The notes beneath the pieces were generated by a model. The model saw nothing but the letters and a program-made list of their open reading frames with translations, was not told the origin of the DNA and did no database searches. A program made the position numbers and the translations under genes. 64,000 nt of DNA from Lingula anatina (lineage: Eukaryota; Animalia; Brachiopoda). The stretch's first letter is position 1. The number at the start of each line of letters is the position of its first letter. Location of the stretch: contig CM120641.1 of assembly GCA_051362555.1 (NCBI GenBank), forward strand, positions 11,780,001 through 11,844,000, written 5' to 3'. Below are positions 14,201 through 27,400 of this stretch, piece by piece.

Positions 14201-17200
14201 CTTAATGCCCTTTTCCAACACAATGTCATTCTTCCTTATTAACAATGCCATACATTTCCAAAAACAACGACCGTTGTTGATACCAGTATCTCTCAGAGTT
14301 GTTGCTTGTATCTCTCAAATAGACTAATCTACTTACTATTCAAGCCATTTGTTGGTTAACAGTTTTTATGAGAAAAAAAAAACAAAAAACAAAGTGAGTA
14401 GGTGAAACAATTCATTCACCAAAAGTTTTATGTGATGTCTTGGACCTCAATTTTCTTTGGACAAGTAGTGAGCAATGGAGTATAAGAAACTATGTGTAAA
14501 AAGTCCGTGTTCTGTGATGAAAATAGCAGATCATTTCTGACTTAATGGGCCAAAAATAGCACACTCTTTATGAGTTTCAACCTAATCCCTGCTAAAATAA
14601 AAGATACGCTCATTATGCTGCTGCAATTCTGTGTATAAGAAATCTATTACATCAGCCCCTCAATAAATCCTAAATCAAATTCCACTTTATCATCCACCAT
14701 AATTTTCATAATTTCTGAATAAATTGCCATTGGAATCAATCACACCACATCAACATGTGTGCTTTGGAAATGCATAAGGTTTCAAAAACATGACAGCTTA
14801 CCTTTTTCTTATTTGAGTAGGTGGACAGTTTTTGCTGCTGTTCTTTAATCTCACACTTGAGATGATCAATTTGTACCATATAAGCTTGTTCCTGAGATTC
14901 CTTTCCACTCAAGCGCAACTGCAAAGACTTCAGTTCTTTCTCAATCAGATAATTGTGTGCTTTCAGCTCCGCTTTTTCTTCCTGTCAATAAAGAATTTCA
15001 TACCATTATTCATAAAAGTCATAGGCCACTTCAAATACTCAAAACCTTTGCTAATCACAATCTTTGCTTTTCAAGTCTTCTTTGCTAATTCTACGTTAAT
15101 TCGCTTCTTTAGATAAGAAATATCATGTGATATTAGTAATTATATCTTTTCTACTTCAACACTTTTTCCGATTTCTGTTTTTCTTCAACTTATCCAATGT
15201 TTAATGAGTTATTCTGTTCTGATCAAGACAGTATCTTTCAGTCCTGAGACTGGTTTACTATCAAACACATACAATATACAAATAATAAATAAAATACAAA
15301 AATAAGTCGATATATACATATTTCATCTTGTCGATTTATGATTTTTTCTGATGCAAGATTTATCATTAAAAATATTGATAAAAAATTATGATAGAGTTAT
15401 CCTGAACAATTTTTTACCTAGACATATAAGATGTTTAATGATGGTTCTGAGATCAACTTTAACAACAATAATAATGAAAAAAAATTGTTTCCTTTCACTT
15501 GCAGCATGCAATCCTAAAAAGACTCTGATGGTACAAAGCAATCTATCATAGCACACCCATTAGTTTTTGAGTGTAAATGCATTAGTGTATTAAAGACAAA
15601 TATGGACTTGTGAACTCACAGTTCTACCACAGATGAGATGCCTCAAGGCAGTAGTTGATACAATCAGAGACTTAAAGAGTCTTGCATATCCAGATTCCTC
15701 ACAATGCCCTGACTGGGTATTCCACAAAATTAACTAATTATTTGCATAGTGCTCATAGGTACGCTCATCCTATCTATTTTTGACAATGTTTATGCTTTGG
15801 AAAGTAATACCAAGGTGAGATACCTCACCTATAGCTACACATGTATGCACTTCAAGAATGAAAAATACATATGTTTTCAGCAAAAAAAGTAATTTTTTCA
15901 TATAAGGAAACAAAACTGCACCACCCACTAATAAGTCTCCTCCAGCTCCATTGGTATATTAATTTCCCCTGACACCTCATTTTGTATATGTCCATTCCAT
16001 GTGGAAAGCATGGCACATCAAGACCATTGCCCTAATGAAATCTATATGTCATTAGGAGAAATACAGGGCTTCAGGCAGGTGTGATCAATGTGTATGATTA
16101 AAGCAAATATCTGTATATGTCATTCTTTTTTTTGGTTAGTTTAAGTTCTACCCTTAAATGTATTTATGTTTGGGAAACACAGACTGTAGACCAAAAAGAG
16201 CAGGGTTTTTTTTTATTGCACAATAAAAGTTGCTGCTCCTTTTTATTGCTGGTAATGATTCAATTTTATTTTCGATATTGGTAATATGTCTTCTGGGATT
16301 GTGTGCTAACCAGAGATATCCTTTAAGAAGGAAAAGACACTTAGTCTAAATCTTACAAACATTTGTTATTAGTGATATCCAAACTGTTGTGGGACTGTGT
16401 GGGATTCATCAGTGATAAGAAATATAAGCTTCATTTAGCCCCTTATACTATGCCAGTTCCCACTGCAAAACAATGGACCGGAATGTAAAACTACACGGCA
16501 TGCCGCACAGCACCCGAAAATAGCCTTTTGAACAAGAATGAGATCAAACTAACAGAATGCTTTACAATGATTTCATTGCCTGACACTTCCAGGGATCTTG
16601 TAACCAATCACCTGCAGAGGCTGAAACTTGTAGGTGTTGCTGGGAAGCAGACAAAAAGCTTTCACAGCAGTTCGGGTTACAAGCGTTCACAACTTAATTC
16701 AAGCAGAAATAAACATAACCAGCAAACGTCATACACAGGCACCTCCCAGATGAATATACAATTAAGCCTACTTAGTGGGATTTTATGTTGAAGGGCTTTT
16801 CTTCTTTATATCACAGTCTAAATGAATTGAGAAGACTTGGTCAAAAAAGGTTTAATACTGAATTCTTGCAAGTCTCGTTTCTCTTTCTCTTTGAGAAATG
16901 AATGTCTCCACCAAACCCCAGGGACAGGAGCTTGCCTGTTATCTGGCCCTGAGCTTGAGACAGGTGATTTTCTGTAGAGGACTTTCAGTACAATCACTAT
17001 GGCTAACAAGTGAGTTAACTCATCATATAGTCAGATTTTCTTTTGACATACAAGAAGACTTCAATTTTTTAATGATGAAGAAAGTGACAACTGGCAAAAA
17101 TGGAAAAGTAAACACATCATTACATTGCATTATCATTACATTAGATGAACTAGAGAGTACCATGGATCCACTTGGTCCTTCAATGGTGTTTATTGGAGTA

Positions 17201-20200
17201 AAAATGGTGTCAGTTAGAGTACTGATCCTGAAATAAAAAAATAGAAAATGCCACCAACACTACCTTGAAGCTCAGGGTTATAAAATCCAGCCTTACCTTC
17301 ATAGCCATCAACTCTTGCATTATCACAGCATTCTCCAGGTCTAGCCTTTGGAATTCAGGGTTAAGGCCAGGGGTCTTGGCCAGAGGGTCAGTGTGGACAC
17401 TCTCCAGCTCCAGGACAGTGGATTTCACTGCAGCCCGGTCATTCTTTAACTGTTGGATATAATCTCTCAGCCTCTGCTCGTCCACTTTACTGAACTCGGT
17501 GTCCACACTACTGGCTGTAGAGCTAGTGGTGCTGAGGAGGGAAAAAATAGCTAAAATTTTATTTTGGGTCTTCTCTAATCCCAATGTATAAAATTGTTAT
17601 CAAAACAGAGTTGGACACTTAAAAGAATCGATACCAAAACTTTCTTTACTGAAGTGTACCATTAAGGCTTCTTACAAAAAATTATTTTAGATTTTTTAAA
17701 AATTTCTTCAGAACAAAATGTTTTATCAATCAAAGTCTTTCTTTAAGATAACCAGTCACTTTCTTTCTTGGTAATGTTAATTGTTAAACAGGTGCTAAAG
17801 GGTCACATTTAATATTTATAGTTCAATAAAAACAGGACAAGAAAAAAACTCACTTCCCATTCTCTAAATAAAGGCGGGAAATATCATATAAAAGATCTAA
17901 ATGCTGGAATTCGAAAAGCTGTTGAAATCTTGGCACCTCCCATACCTGGTTGTTCTGCTTGTTGATGACATGTCTTCCCATGGTGTGGTTGCTGAAGTAG
18001 TGCCTGGCAAATTGAGACCACCATTTCTGTCCATCTTCTGTAACAGATGCCTGGCCATGTTCTCTGCAGATTTACGTGCTCCGACTGCACGACGTAATGC
18101 CACTGCCACTTCTTCTTGGTTTCCACTATATGCATCATCACCTGCAGATATAGAGGTAATATGACATCCCAGAAAATGGTGAAAAAAATTAATAAAATTC
18201 TCATTTCATATAAACATTTTGTATCAATTTGTGTTGTCCATAAGTCATGGTGAAAATAATTCTAAAACACCTTTAACTTGCTTAGAAATATAAGTACAAA
18301 TTAAGTCCATTTAACAAAAACAAAAATGACAGAAAACTCATTTGCCGATCCCAAATTCCATCTAATAGTGCATCCAATGGCCAATTTGAAAGTACTTTTA
18401 CTGAAAGTCATTTATGAAATTGCCTTTATCATCTTCATTACAATGTCACATATCCAAATGACAAAGTTGTTACAGTAATGAGAACTTCCACCTTACCAAA
18501 ACCTCCCAGCCCTGCAGCTCTGCAATTAGCCAATAAAACCCCTTGATCTGTCTCCAATAGATCAACCAATGCCTGGTACCCCTCTAGGGACTGATCTGCA
18601 TAATTTATAGCCAACTGTAATGCTGTATTGTTTGACTCGTATTTTCCAATCAAAATACTTAAGCGATCACACTGAGCTTTACTTTCTTCTAGTGTTATAT
18701 TTGCCAAGTCATTCTGAGATTTCAAATGGTCTATTTTCGCACTGAGTCTTTCCATTTCTATTTCAAATTCATGGATTTTGCCTTCTGAAATTTCGTCTCC
18801 ACACTTGTATAAAGTCTGTATGATTTCCTGCATATTTGAGCACTCTTGAAGGCTGTGCGCTAAATGTTCTGCCACTTTGGGATTAGGAAGCTGTAACAAT
18901 AAAAAGTATTGATAAACAAAATAATGCTGACATTACATTTTATACACTGTATTATTTGTAGCAATGATATAACTTATTAAGTTATATCATATTAAGTTAT
19001 ATCATAGATTTCTTTTGTTATATAAAATTAAGTGTTTCAGATATTCAGTTCATTCAAATTTCCTTTAAGGAAAGCATATAGGAATGCAAATAAAAACAAA
19101 CTCTGCTCAATGACATTTTACATGAAGCTGCACATTTACAAGCAGGAATTAACTGTGTTAAGCCAGGGCCCAGCTCTGTTAACTTTTTTAAAAACTGCAT
19201 ATTTGGCATTTAACATACTATTCACAGAAAAGAAGCCACCATGTCACACAATGACATACATCAATAGCGGATAAAGCCTTCCAAACCTCATACTGTCTTC
19301 TGAATCACTATAAGCCACCAGTGTATGAAAACCACTGTATACAGCTTGGAAAGGAATCAGAACCAGGGACAATATCATATAAGTCAGGCTCAAAATGTTA
19401 AGCAAAGCATTCCCAATTAATTCCACCTTACCCCTAAGGAAGCAATTTCAGTTCCAAGCACCTGCCGTTCAGCACCACCTGTTTTAAGTTTTTTCAATTC
19501 TGCCACCTTAGCAACTGCCGCTACTTGCTCCCCAGGTGGCAGTGTCCTGTCACCCATCGCCCCAACAGGACTCATGGGGCCACCTGTTGGCTGAGTTTTG
19601 GTTGGTGTGGAAACACGACTGCTATGTGGACTAGATGATGCCTCCACACTCTGGATTCGGGTCTGGAGTTCACGGACCTGGCATGATGAGAAAATATAAG
19701 TCAGCAAGTGGTACAGATGCAGTTCTTTCTATAATCAGTTATTTGGGAGAATGTGATCTCAATTTCGTCTTTTTTCCCTCAAATATCACTCAAGCATTTC
19801 AGAGTTTAAATATATAATAAATAGCTCAACCACAGAAACACTGAATAACTAATCTGGACTGAATATTGTCTCAGGTACATGTACAAATTTATTTTTCAAT
19901 ACTTTTCTTCGTAGCCTGTCCCTCTCTTCTCTCAAGCCTCCCATCTGTGCTTTACACTTGTTGAGCTCAGTCTCTTGTCTGCCTATCTGGTCCTGAAGAG
20001 ATGCATTGTCTGCACGCAGGAGTTGGAGCTGTAAAAGAATACAGGAAATATTACTGAAACATTGCACTGTAACTGTCTTTTGTGAGTCAAGGGTACAATG
20101 TATGTAAAGCAAATGTACAGAAAATTAGTGGAGGCAGATATCAAAACACACACACACACACCATTAATGACAGAATAAGTGTTTCTACTAGAAGAAATGA

Positions 20201-23200
20201 CAATCACTGTCTATGCAGATATAGGCATGGTAACAAGATGGAAGAAAAAGTAAGAATTTTTTTAAAATAAAGTATGTGCAGCAAAGATATAAATCCATAT
20301 TTCCCTGAAATCTGAGAATTGTATAAAGCATGAAAGATACTCCCAATAGAAACTCCATCACTCTCACCAGGCAAAATATATAAATTCTAACTACTTATGT
20401 TGTTGATCTGCATTTCTACAGGTAGAATTATAATACAGTTTCTGTCATGATATAACCATTTCGCAGGATCATCTCAACTTGACAAAGCAAAGACAGGTAA
20501 AATTCAAGTTTACTATGCATGTACATAAATGTCAAATCAGGTCTGAGGGTATAAAATGAATCTGTAGGAAATTTCGATTAAATAAAAATACAAACCTGCT
20601 CCTCATATTGCTTGTGACTGACTTGAACCTTCTCTTTTGGAGTGTCAATGTTCATTTCTTCCATTTCCTTGACAACCTAAAAACATATTATGAAGAAGGT
20701 CTGATCAGTTTTTACCATCGTTTTTCATAATGCTTTATGAAAACAGTTTGTTAAAATATTTTACATTTTTGTTATATACACCGAATATATGTGTCTAGAT
20801 GACTTTCTAGAAAGTCAGTTCAATTCCTGTTAGAATCTCAGTAAATTCTACAAAAGCAAATTTTTGTCATAATTGTCCATTCCTCAAACCTATTAAGCCT
20901 GAAAATTACATGAAATTCCCACCTTGTTTGACACACAAATACTTCCAGTTACATTAATTACCTGCAGAGCTTTCTCCTCCACGCTCTCAGTCTCATACTG
21001 TTCCACCGCCAACTCATCTGTGGCATCAACGGCTATTTTCTTGCGCTCATTGATAGCGCTCTCCAACTCTGTGACCACCCTGGTTAGCTCAGCATTAAGA
21101 TCTGCTCCGAGATTGAAGTCTGGCAAAATAATTGAAATAAGGCTTATTCAGGAAATGAAAGAGAGGAATAATGAAAGCCCTTTTCTCCCAACTCTTTCTA
21201 ATTTTGTGAACATTTTTAAAGATGCTCAGCAATTCCCTTAATAACTCTCTTTTGAAAAAGAAAAGGAGAAATTCTCCTAAAAGGAAATTCCCTATCCCTT
21301 GTCATAGCTGCCCACAAACTGCTTCTTTCCACATTTTGTCTACTAGTCTTTTTATTTCTCTCAAAAATAATCATAAAACCATCATTAAGATCTCTCTGTG
21401 CTGTTTTTCATGGTACCAGAAGCCAATGCTAAAATGTTAACATTATGTCAGCACGGCAGTTCTAAAATCAGCAGACAGCGGGGAGATAATTAAGGCATGT
21501 TTTAAAAGGAGGGAGCTACCTATGCTTGCTGCTTGTGAATCATTGGCATTGTTCTCATTACAGCTCCCAGCTTCCTCGTTACTCTTCTGACTTAGGTTAC
21601 TCTGGCCCTCAGACTCCTCATACTCATCTTCTTCCCTGGAAACCAGCAATACACTGTCATCTTGGCTGGAGTAATATGCGTTCAGTGATCGCGCACACGC
21701 GCATGCATGCGTTTGTGCGTGCGTGCATGCGTGCGTGTGTGTGTGTGGGGGGGGGGGAATAAAAAATGACACTTTCTGACCCTCTCTCAATTTTTCTGGA
21801 TTCACACAAGAACATTTAAATAAATATGTGCCTCCAACACATAAGGGGGTAAATAGCTGATAAGATTAGATAAGATGCCCATATCAGGCGTATGTTATAG
21901 ATGACACCACAAAAATAAAGTATACAGTTAAGTATTCTAGCCAGCATAAATATAAATCCTCTTGACAGCCACGGCTTTTAAGTCAAAAGCAGTCCCCCCC
22001 TTTTTCTGGAATCAATTTAAGTCTGAACATATAAGTAACATTCACACGTGGCTAAAATAGAAAAATTACCTGATCCTTTAACATTGCATCATATAGACAA
22101 CAATTTTATAAAAAAAAAAAAAAAAATCATACAACCCATTCAGTTGCATCCCCCATATTTCCTTTCATTACCTTATGACATTAATCTGGTGTCTGTCCAG
22201 CTTTTTCCTCAGTTCAGCTATTACACTGTGGAGCTCAGTTATTCTCTCCTCGTAACGCTGGGCCTGCTGCTCAAGGCGGTCTGCATACTCTCGTTGAAGA
22301 TGCAGTTTCTCAGTCTGTTAACAATAAAATATTATATGGGTTTTTAATTTTATTCTCATTTAGCAACTGATCTCAATTTTATTGCTTTAGTACTGAAGTT
22401 TTTTTTTGAAGTTTATCTCTCTTCTCATTATTCAAATGTCACCCCATAAAATATATTTTGAATTAGGCACATATCAACACAAATGCCTTTTTGGACATCT
22501 AACTAGATCCAGAAATTTATGAATGTTTCACAGACTGCAAGATTTGTGGCACAACTGACCAGAAGAAGAGCAGTGGCACTCAATTTGTGGGAAATGTAAT
22601 GAGTGCATTTAGCACAATCAGACAACAATATTCAGTTGGGATACAGAAATATTAAGTGTGGTTGGTGTGACCTAGGCCAAGTACTGGCTGTATGACAGAT
22701 AGCACACCCATTTCCAGTTCAAACATAAGTGATCAACAATGCACAATATGACACTCAGCATGATTGTTTTTTTTTTCAACAACTACTAAAAAACAATACC
22801 ATGAATACTAATTTTCCAAATCTTAGAAGCTATCATGTTGGTATTTTAATAAGAATTAATTTTTTTTCCTTACTGCTGTTGCTTTCAATAATGTTTAAAG
22901 TATGTGATATGAAACATTAATGCACAATGCTGTTCTAGTCTAATCAACAAAAACCATGACATTTAAATGCTGTTTACAATCATCCTGATGATTCTTGGCT
23001 GACACCTATATGTATCAAAGTGCTATTTGAAGTTAGGGTACTTATGTCATAAGAATTTTTGTTTATTTTTGCTTAGTTTTTGCAATATCTCTCTAAAAAT
23101 GCAGCAGCAAAAGCAGAGAGACAGAGACAGATAAGCCAGGGCACAGAATATTGCTACCATATGGCATACATTTCTGTTATTATTGATGTTCCTGCACACA

Positions 23201-24425
23201 TCCCAGGAGCAAGCACTTCCAATCCCTTATCAAAAGTAATTAAATTCAAAATGCCAGCTAATAGGATTGATCAGTTTTTGGAGCCTGTTAATTATGATTG
23301 TTTGACATTCAAACTGAGTCACGATGAAAGCAGAATAATCCCAGATTATTTGATTCATCCCCAGAAAATTGAATTACACTTCCTTCTCATTCCATGCCCA
23401 CAAACAAGTGATATTATATGACGTAGTGCAGTGTCCTTCAAGCTCTAAGCAATGGCCAACTTGACTGCATCTCTCTTTTTTTTCAAATAAATTGACAAAT
23501 CTAATTTCAAGGCTCACTACACAATGCTGCATCATCACAAACAAAAACCACAAAGGAACAATTTAATCCATAGTCTTAAGACGAGAATACAGATGAAAAA
23601 CAGATGAAAACTTTATGCATATGAAGAACAATGGAATTTGATTTTTTACTTCCTTGAAGGAACTCAATTGGTTTGATGAAGTTGGCAGAGAAGAGTTGAC
23701 CGAAAAAAAAAATCACACTGGGTTGCCCTTTATAAACAAGGAAATCACTCTTCCCGTTTTAAAACCACAATTAGCCTGTCTGTTCATTCTACTCACACAC
23801 TGAATGTCAAAGTCATGCCAAAAAGTCAAGGTCAGCAATACAAAAATCTCAATCACATTATTCATTAAAAAAAACAACATACCTTATTATCAAAAAGAAT
23901 TGTTTCTGTTATTGAATTGATATTGTTTTTAGGTGTTGAAGTTATGCCAAATGATTTGTTTGCTTTCTGTAAATCTGAAACTGCTAGTAATCTAGGAGTG
24001 CTCTTAATTCTCCTATACGTCTACCATTTAGGAAGACTATGGCTACTGCAAGGCCTTGGTGTCATCTTATTTACAGTAAAATACAATAGCATTTTTCACT
24101 AACTCAAATAAATAGCTTAAACTAGCAACAAAAAATGTGACACTCATATATAATTTTATATGCTTTGATGACTGAATAAGAAATAAATGAAAGCTTCTTC
24201 ACAATCTTCAATACTTTCCACAAAATCTAACAACTTGGTATTCATGAGCAGCATCACAAGGACAATAGCCAAGTGTTCTTTTTTTACCGCTAAATATGTA
24301 CTTACATGGACTTTGTTCAGCTGCTTCTCCAGTAAGTCACGCTCTGAGGAGACATGATGAAGTCGGTTGGTCAGGTCCAGGATTTCACCTTTCAGAGAGG
24401 TCAGGGCTGCAGCATGTAACTATTA

Positions 24426-24479
<54 letters not shown>

Positions 24480-27400
24480 AAATGTCTTACCACTCTAGCT
24501 ACCACATGTCTAACTTCTGTGTGTGTCTTATGACCTTGTGGGTCCAACTTTTCATAACCAGACTTCATCATTAATAAAAATCTGTTGTTGCCTTTGCTGG
24601 GTTGCATGGATACAACCAAATAATTATCAATAATTATAATAATAATAAACAAACTATTTTTGTTTCTTCTTGTGAATGCTCAGCAGTTAGTGGCTTAGTA
24701 CATAATGAGATATATAAACACTCTTAATAAAGATATATTTCAATATTCTACAAGAAACAAATTGTAAGGGGATGGGGTGATGGGCTTATCATGTTATACT
24801 GCCAAGTATAATCTAACTTGAATTATACACTTTTCATATTAGGCATATAAAACAGAGCCTTGCTTGCAAAAATGGTGTTAATATCACCAGTTATATGCAT
24901 GGGCATGAGCAGCTCAATCACAGGAGGTCATGATCACAGCATGGGACACACAAACCTCTACTAGATTTGAAAGTAACATATAAAACTTCTTTTTAAACAG
25001 TTTCACTTACATCAAAGTTACTTGCTTAGATTCAGTTTGAGCAACTTTTATTGTTGCTGCATTATATGTCTAGTTAATTGCCATCTTAATAAATGTGAGT
25101 AATATAAATAAAAGATCTGAGTAAATCATTTGCATAATCGTACTTTAAAATGTATTAATGATTTAGTCGCACTCAAACTATAAGATTAAAACCTGTCAAC
25201 ATGCTAGGCTAATTAGGATGCTAAAAACAGTTTTATTAAGTACCAATAAACATAAGGATTACAAAGGCAAAGAACCATCACTAGAGCTAATATTGACATA
25301 AAATATAATAGGATTATGAAGACTTTTCATCTGTCAAATTACCCATCAGAACTGGAATAAACAGCCAAGAGACACTCTAAAAATCTAAAAACATTGATTG
25401 CTTATATCTCAAATGTCAGGACAATTTCAATCAGGTTCTTTTTTCTGGTTTAGTCATAGCAGACATAGTATCATATTCATTTCTTTTTTTCATATTTGAC
25501 AGGCACACACTTTATTTTTAGGCCACTTTAAAAGATGTGTGATTTTCATGTTTCATCAGTCTGTACAATATGTGAAAATAATGGGCTTGGGAAAGTATAC
25601 CCAGACTTCATTAAGATTGCTGTGAGATTAACTGGGAAGCAATCGCTCTGTAAATTATTATCTCTTCAAAGTGTGTTTAGTTATGTGTGTGATACCCAGA
25701 ATGATGGATGTACTTTCAATGTATGCCACTGCTCTGAGGCAGGACCTCATTCTGTGCACTTGTCAACATATGAAATATCTTTCTGAATGAATCTCTTCTA
25801 CTGAAAATATATACAGATCACATTTCTCTTTTTCATAACCTTTCAGACTGCACTTTTAATTTTCCACCTCTGAATTTATATTATAACTAGGTCCACTCTC
25901 TGAGAACAAAGACCCCCACCAATGAAGGCAAAATATAAATAATATGAAAAATATATATATATATATTTAAAAAGTATAAGGAGATAAAAATCCAATTGAA
26001 ATGGCAATCACTTGACTCTTGAACTGTCTATTCTGAAAATTTCATCAAAATTTGAATTTGAGAACTCTTGAAGAAATCTTGTCCACAAACAAATCAAGGC
26101 CAATGAAATACACCCACTGTCAATGTGGTAACAAAAGAATACCCTATCTCAACACCACAGTTTTCTTGTATCTGCCTCCAACACTGCCTGCCTGGCTCTG
26201 ACTCAGCCAAAACAAAGGAAAACCACAGTTAACACAGCGGACATAGGTTGCCATTGTTTTTAGTTTGATTATATTTTGCTGAAAGTTTACAAAGAACACA
26301 ACAAATTATTGTGATCCCTCTATCTTCATGTATGCATGAGTGGCCACAAAGTTTGGATAACTTTGTCTATTGTAAAAGCAAATCTTGGCTAAAACAAATG
26401 CTGTCTGGTGCAGAAACACTTGCAATCACACAAACTATAACTTACATGTAAATACACATGCCAGTTATCATATCTTATCAGACCTACAGAGAAGTTCATA
26501 TTCAAGTGAAGTCAGCCCACATCGAACGAACAGTTTCTCCCCTGTGTAACCTCACAGAGGCAGCCAATCACTGAAATTCATATCTGCGTTCCTCTCAAGA
26601 CTGCTCTCTTCTCTCAAGAGAGCAGTCTTGAGAGGAACGCAAGACTGCTCTCTTCTCTCAAGATCAAATGATTACCCCTTCTCTCCTTTTCACGACCCTT
26701 CCCTCCAATTTATCCTTCTCTCCATCTCAGGACTAACCCCTTCTCTCCATCTCAAAACTTATCCTTCCCTTCATCTCTAGACTAAACCCCTTCCCTCTAC
26801 CTCAATAATAACCCCTTGATGGCTTCTCCTCCTCTGCTGTACACTCTGACAAATGACATAATTTGAATCAATTAAACCATCCCTATGTAACCAAGTGAAA
26901 TGCCATATTAAGAAATAATTGATATCCAATTATTATTTAAGTTGAAGGGGGGGGCAGCGATAACTTACCTCCTCCTGCAGGTTCTGTGTCCGTATATATC
27001 TGTTCATCATGTTACTGCTGTATACTCCAGAGATGTCCTCTACACTAAGGTCATGCTGTACACACTTGTGATATAACACCACGGCAGGTACACTGAGTCA
27101 CAAAGTGCCCATACACTGTGTCTTGCAATTGTTTTATGAGAGTAATTACACTCCCCTCTGGTGGATACCAAAGTGTTACATAAACAGATGCCTGAATCTC
27201 TGATCAACACTCAGGTATTCCTGGCACAAAGTAATAAATATACACACCTGGAGTTAAACTTAGTGAGGACCATGTAGTAATGACCAAGACTTATAAGCAT
27301 TTACAAGCTATCTTATTAATTACAGAATGACTGGTGATAGTAACCTGCAGTTTCTTCAAGGGTTGGTTTAACTGTTTATAAAGAAATTCTTACAAACTCA

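Noticed and set aside
16605-16660. 9-nt microexon (PLQ) or 28-nt exon in MCC intron 13
   Set aside because: The better acceptor gives a frameshifting 28 nt; the 9-nt version has a weak acceptor and would put a proline into a conserved coiled coil.
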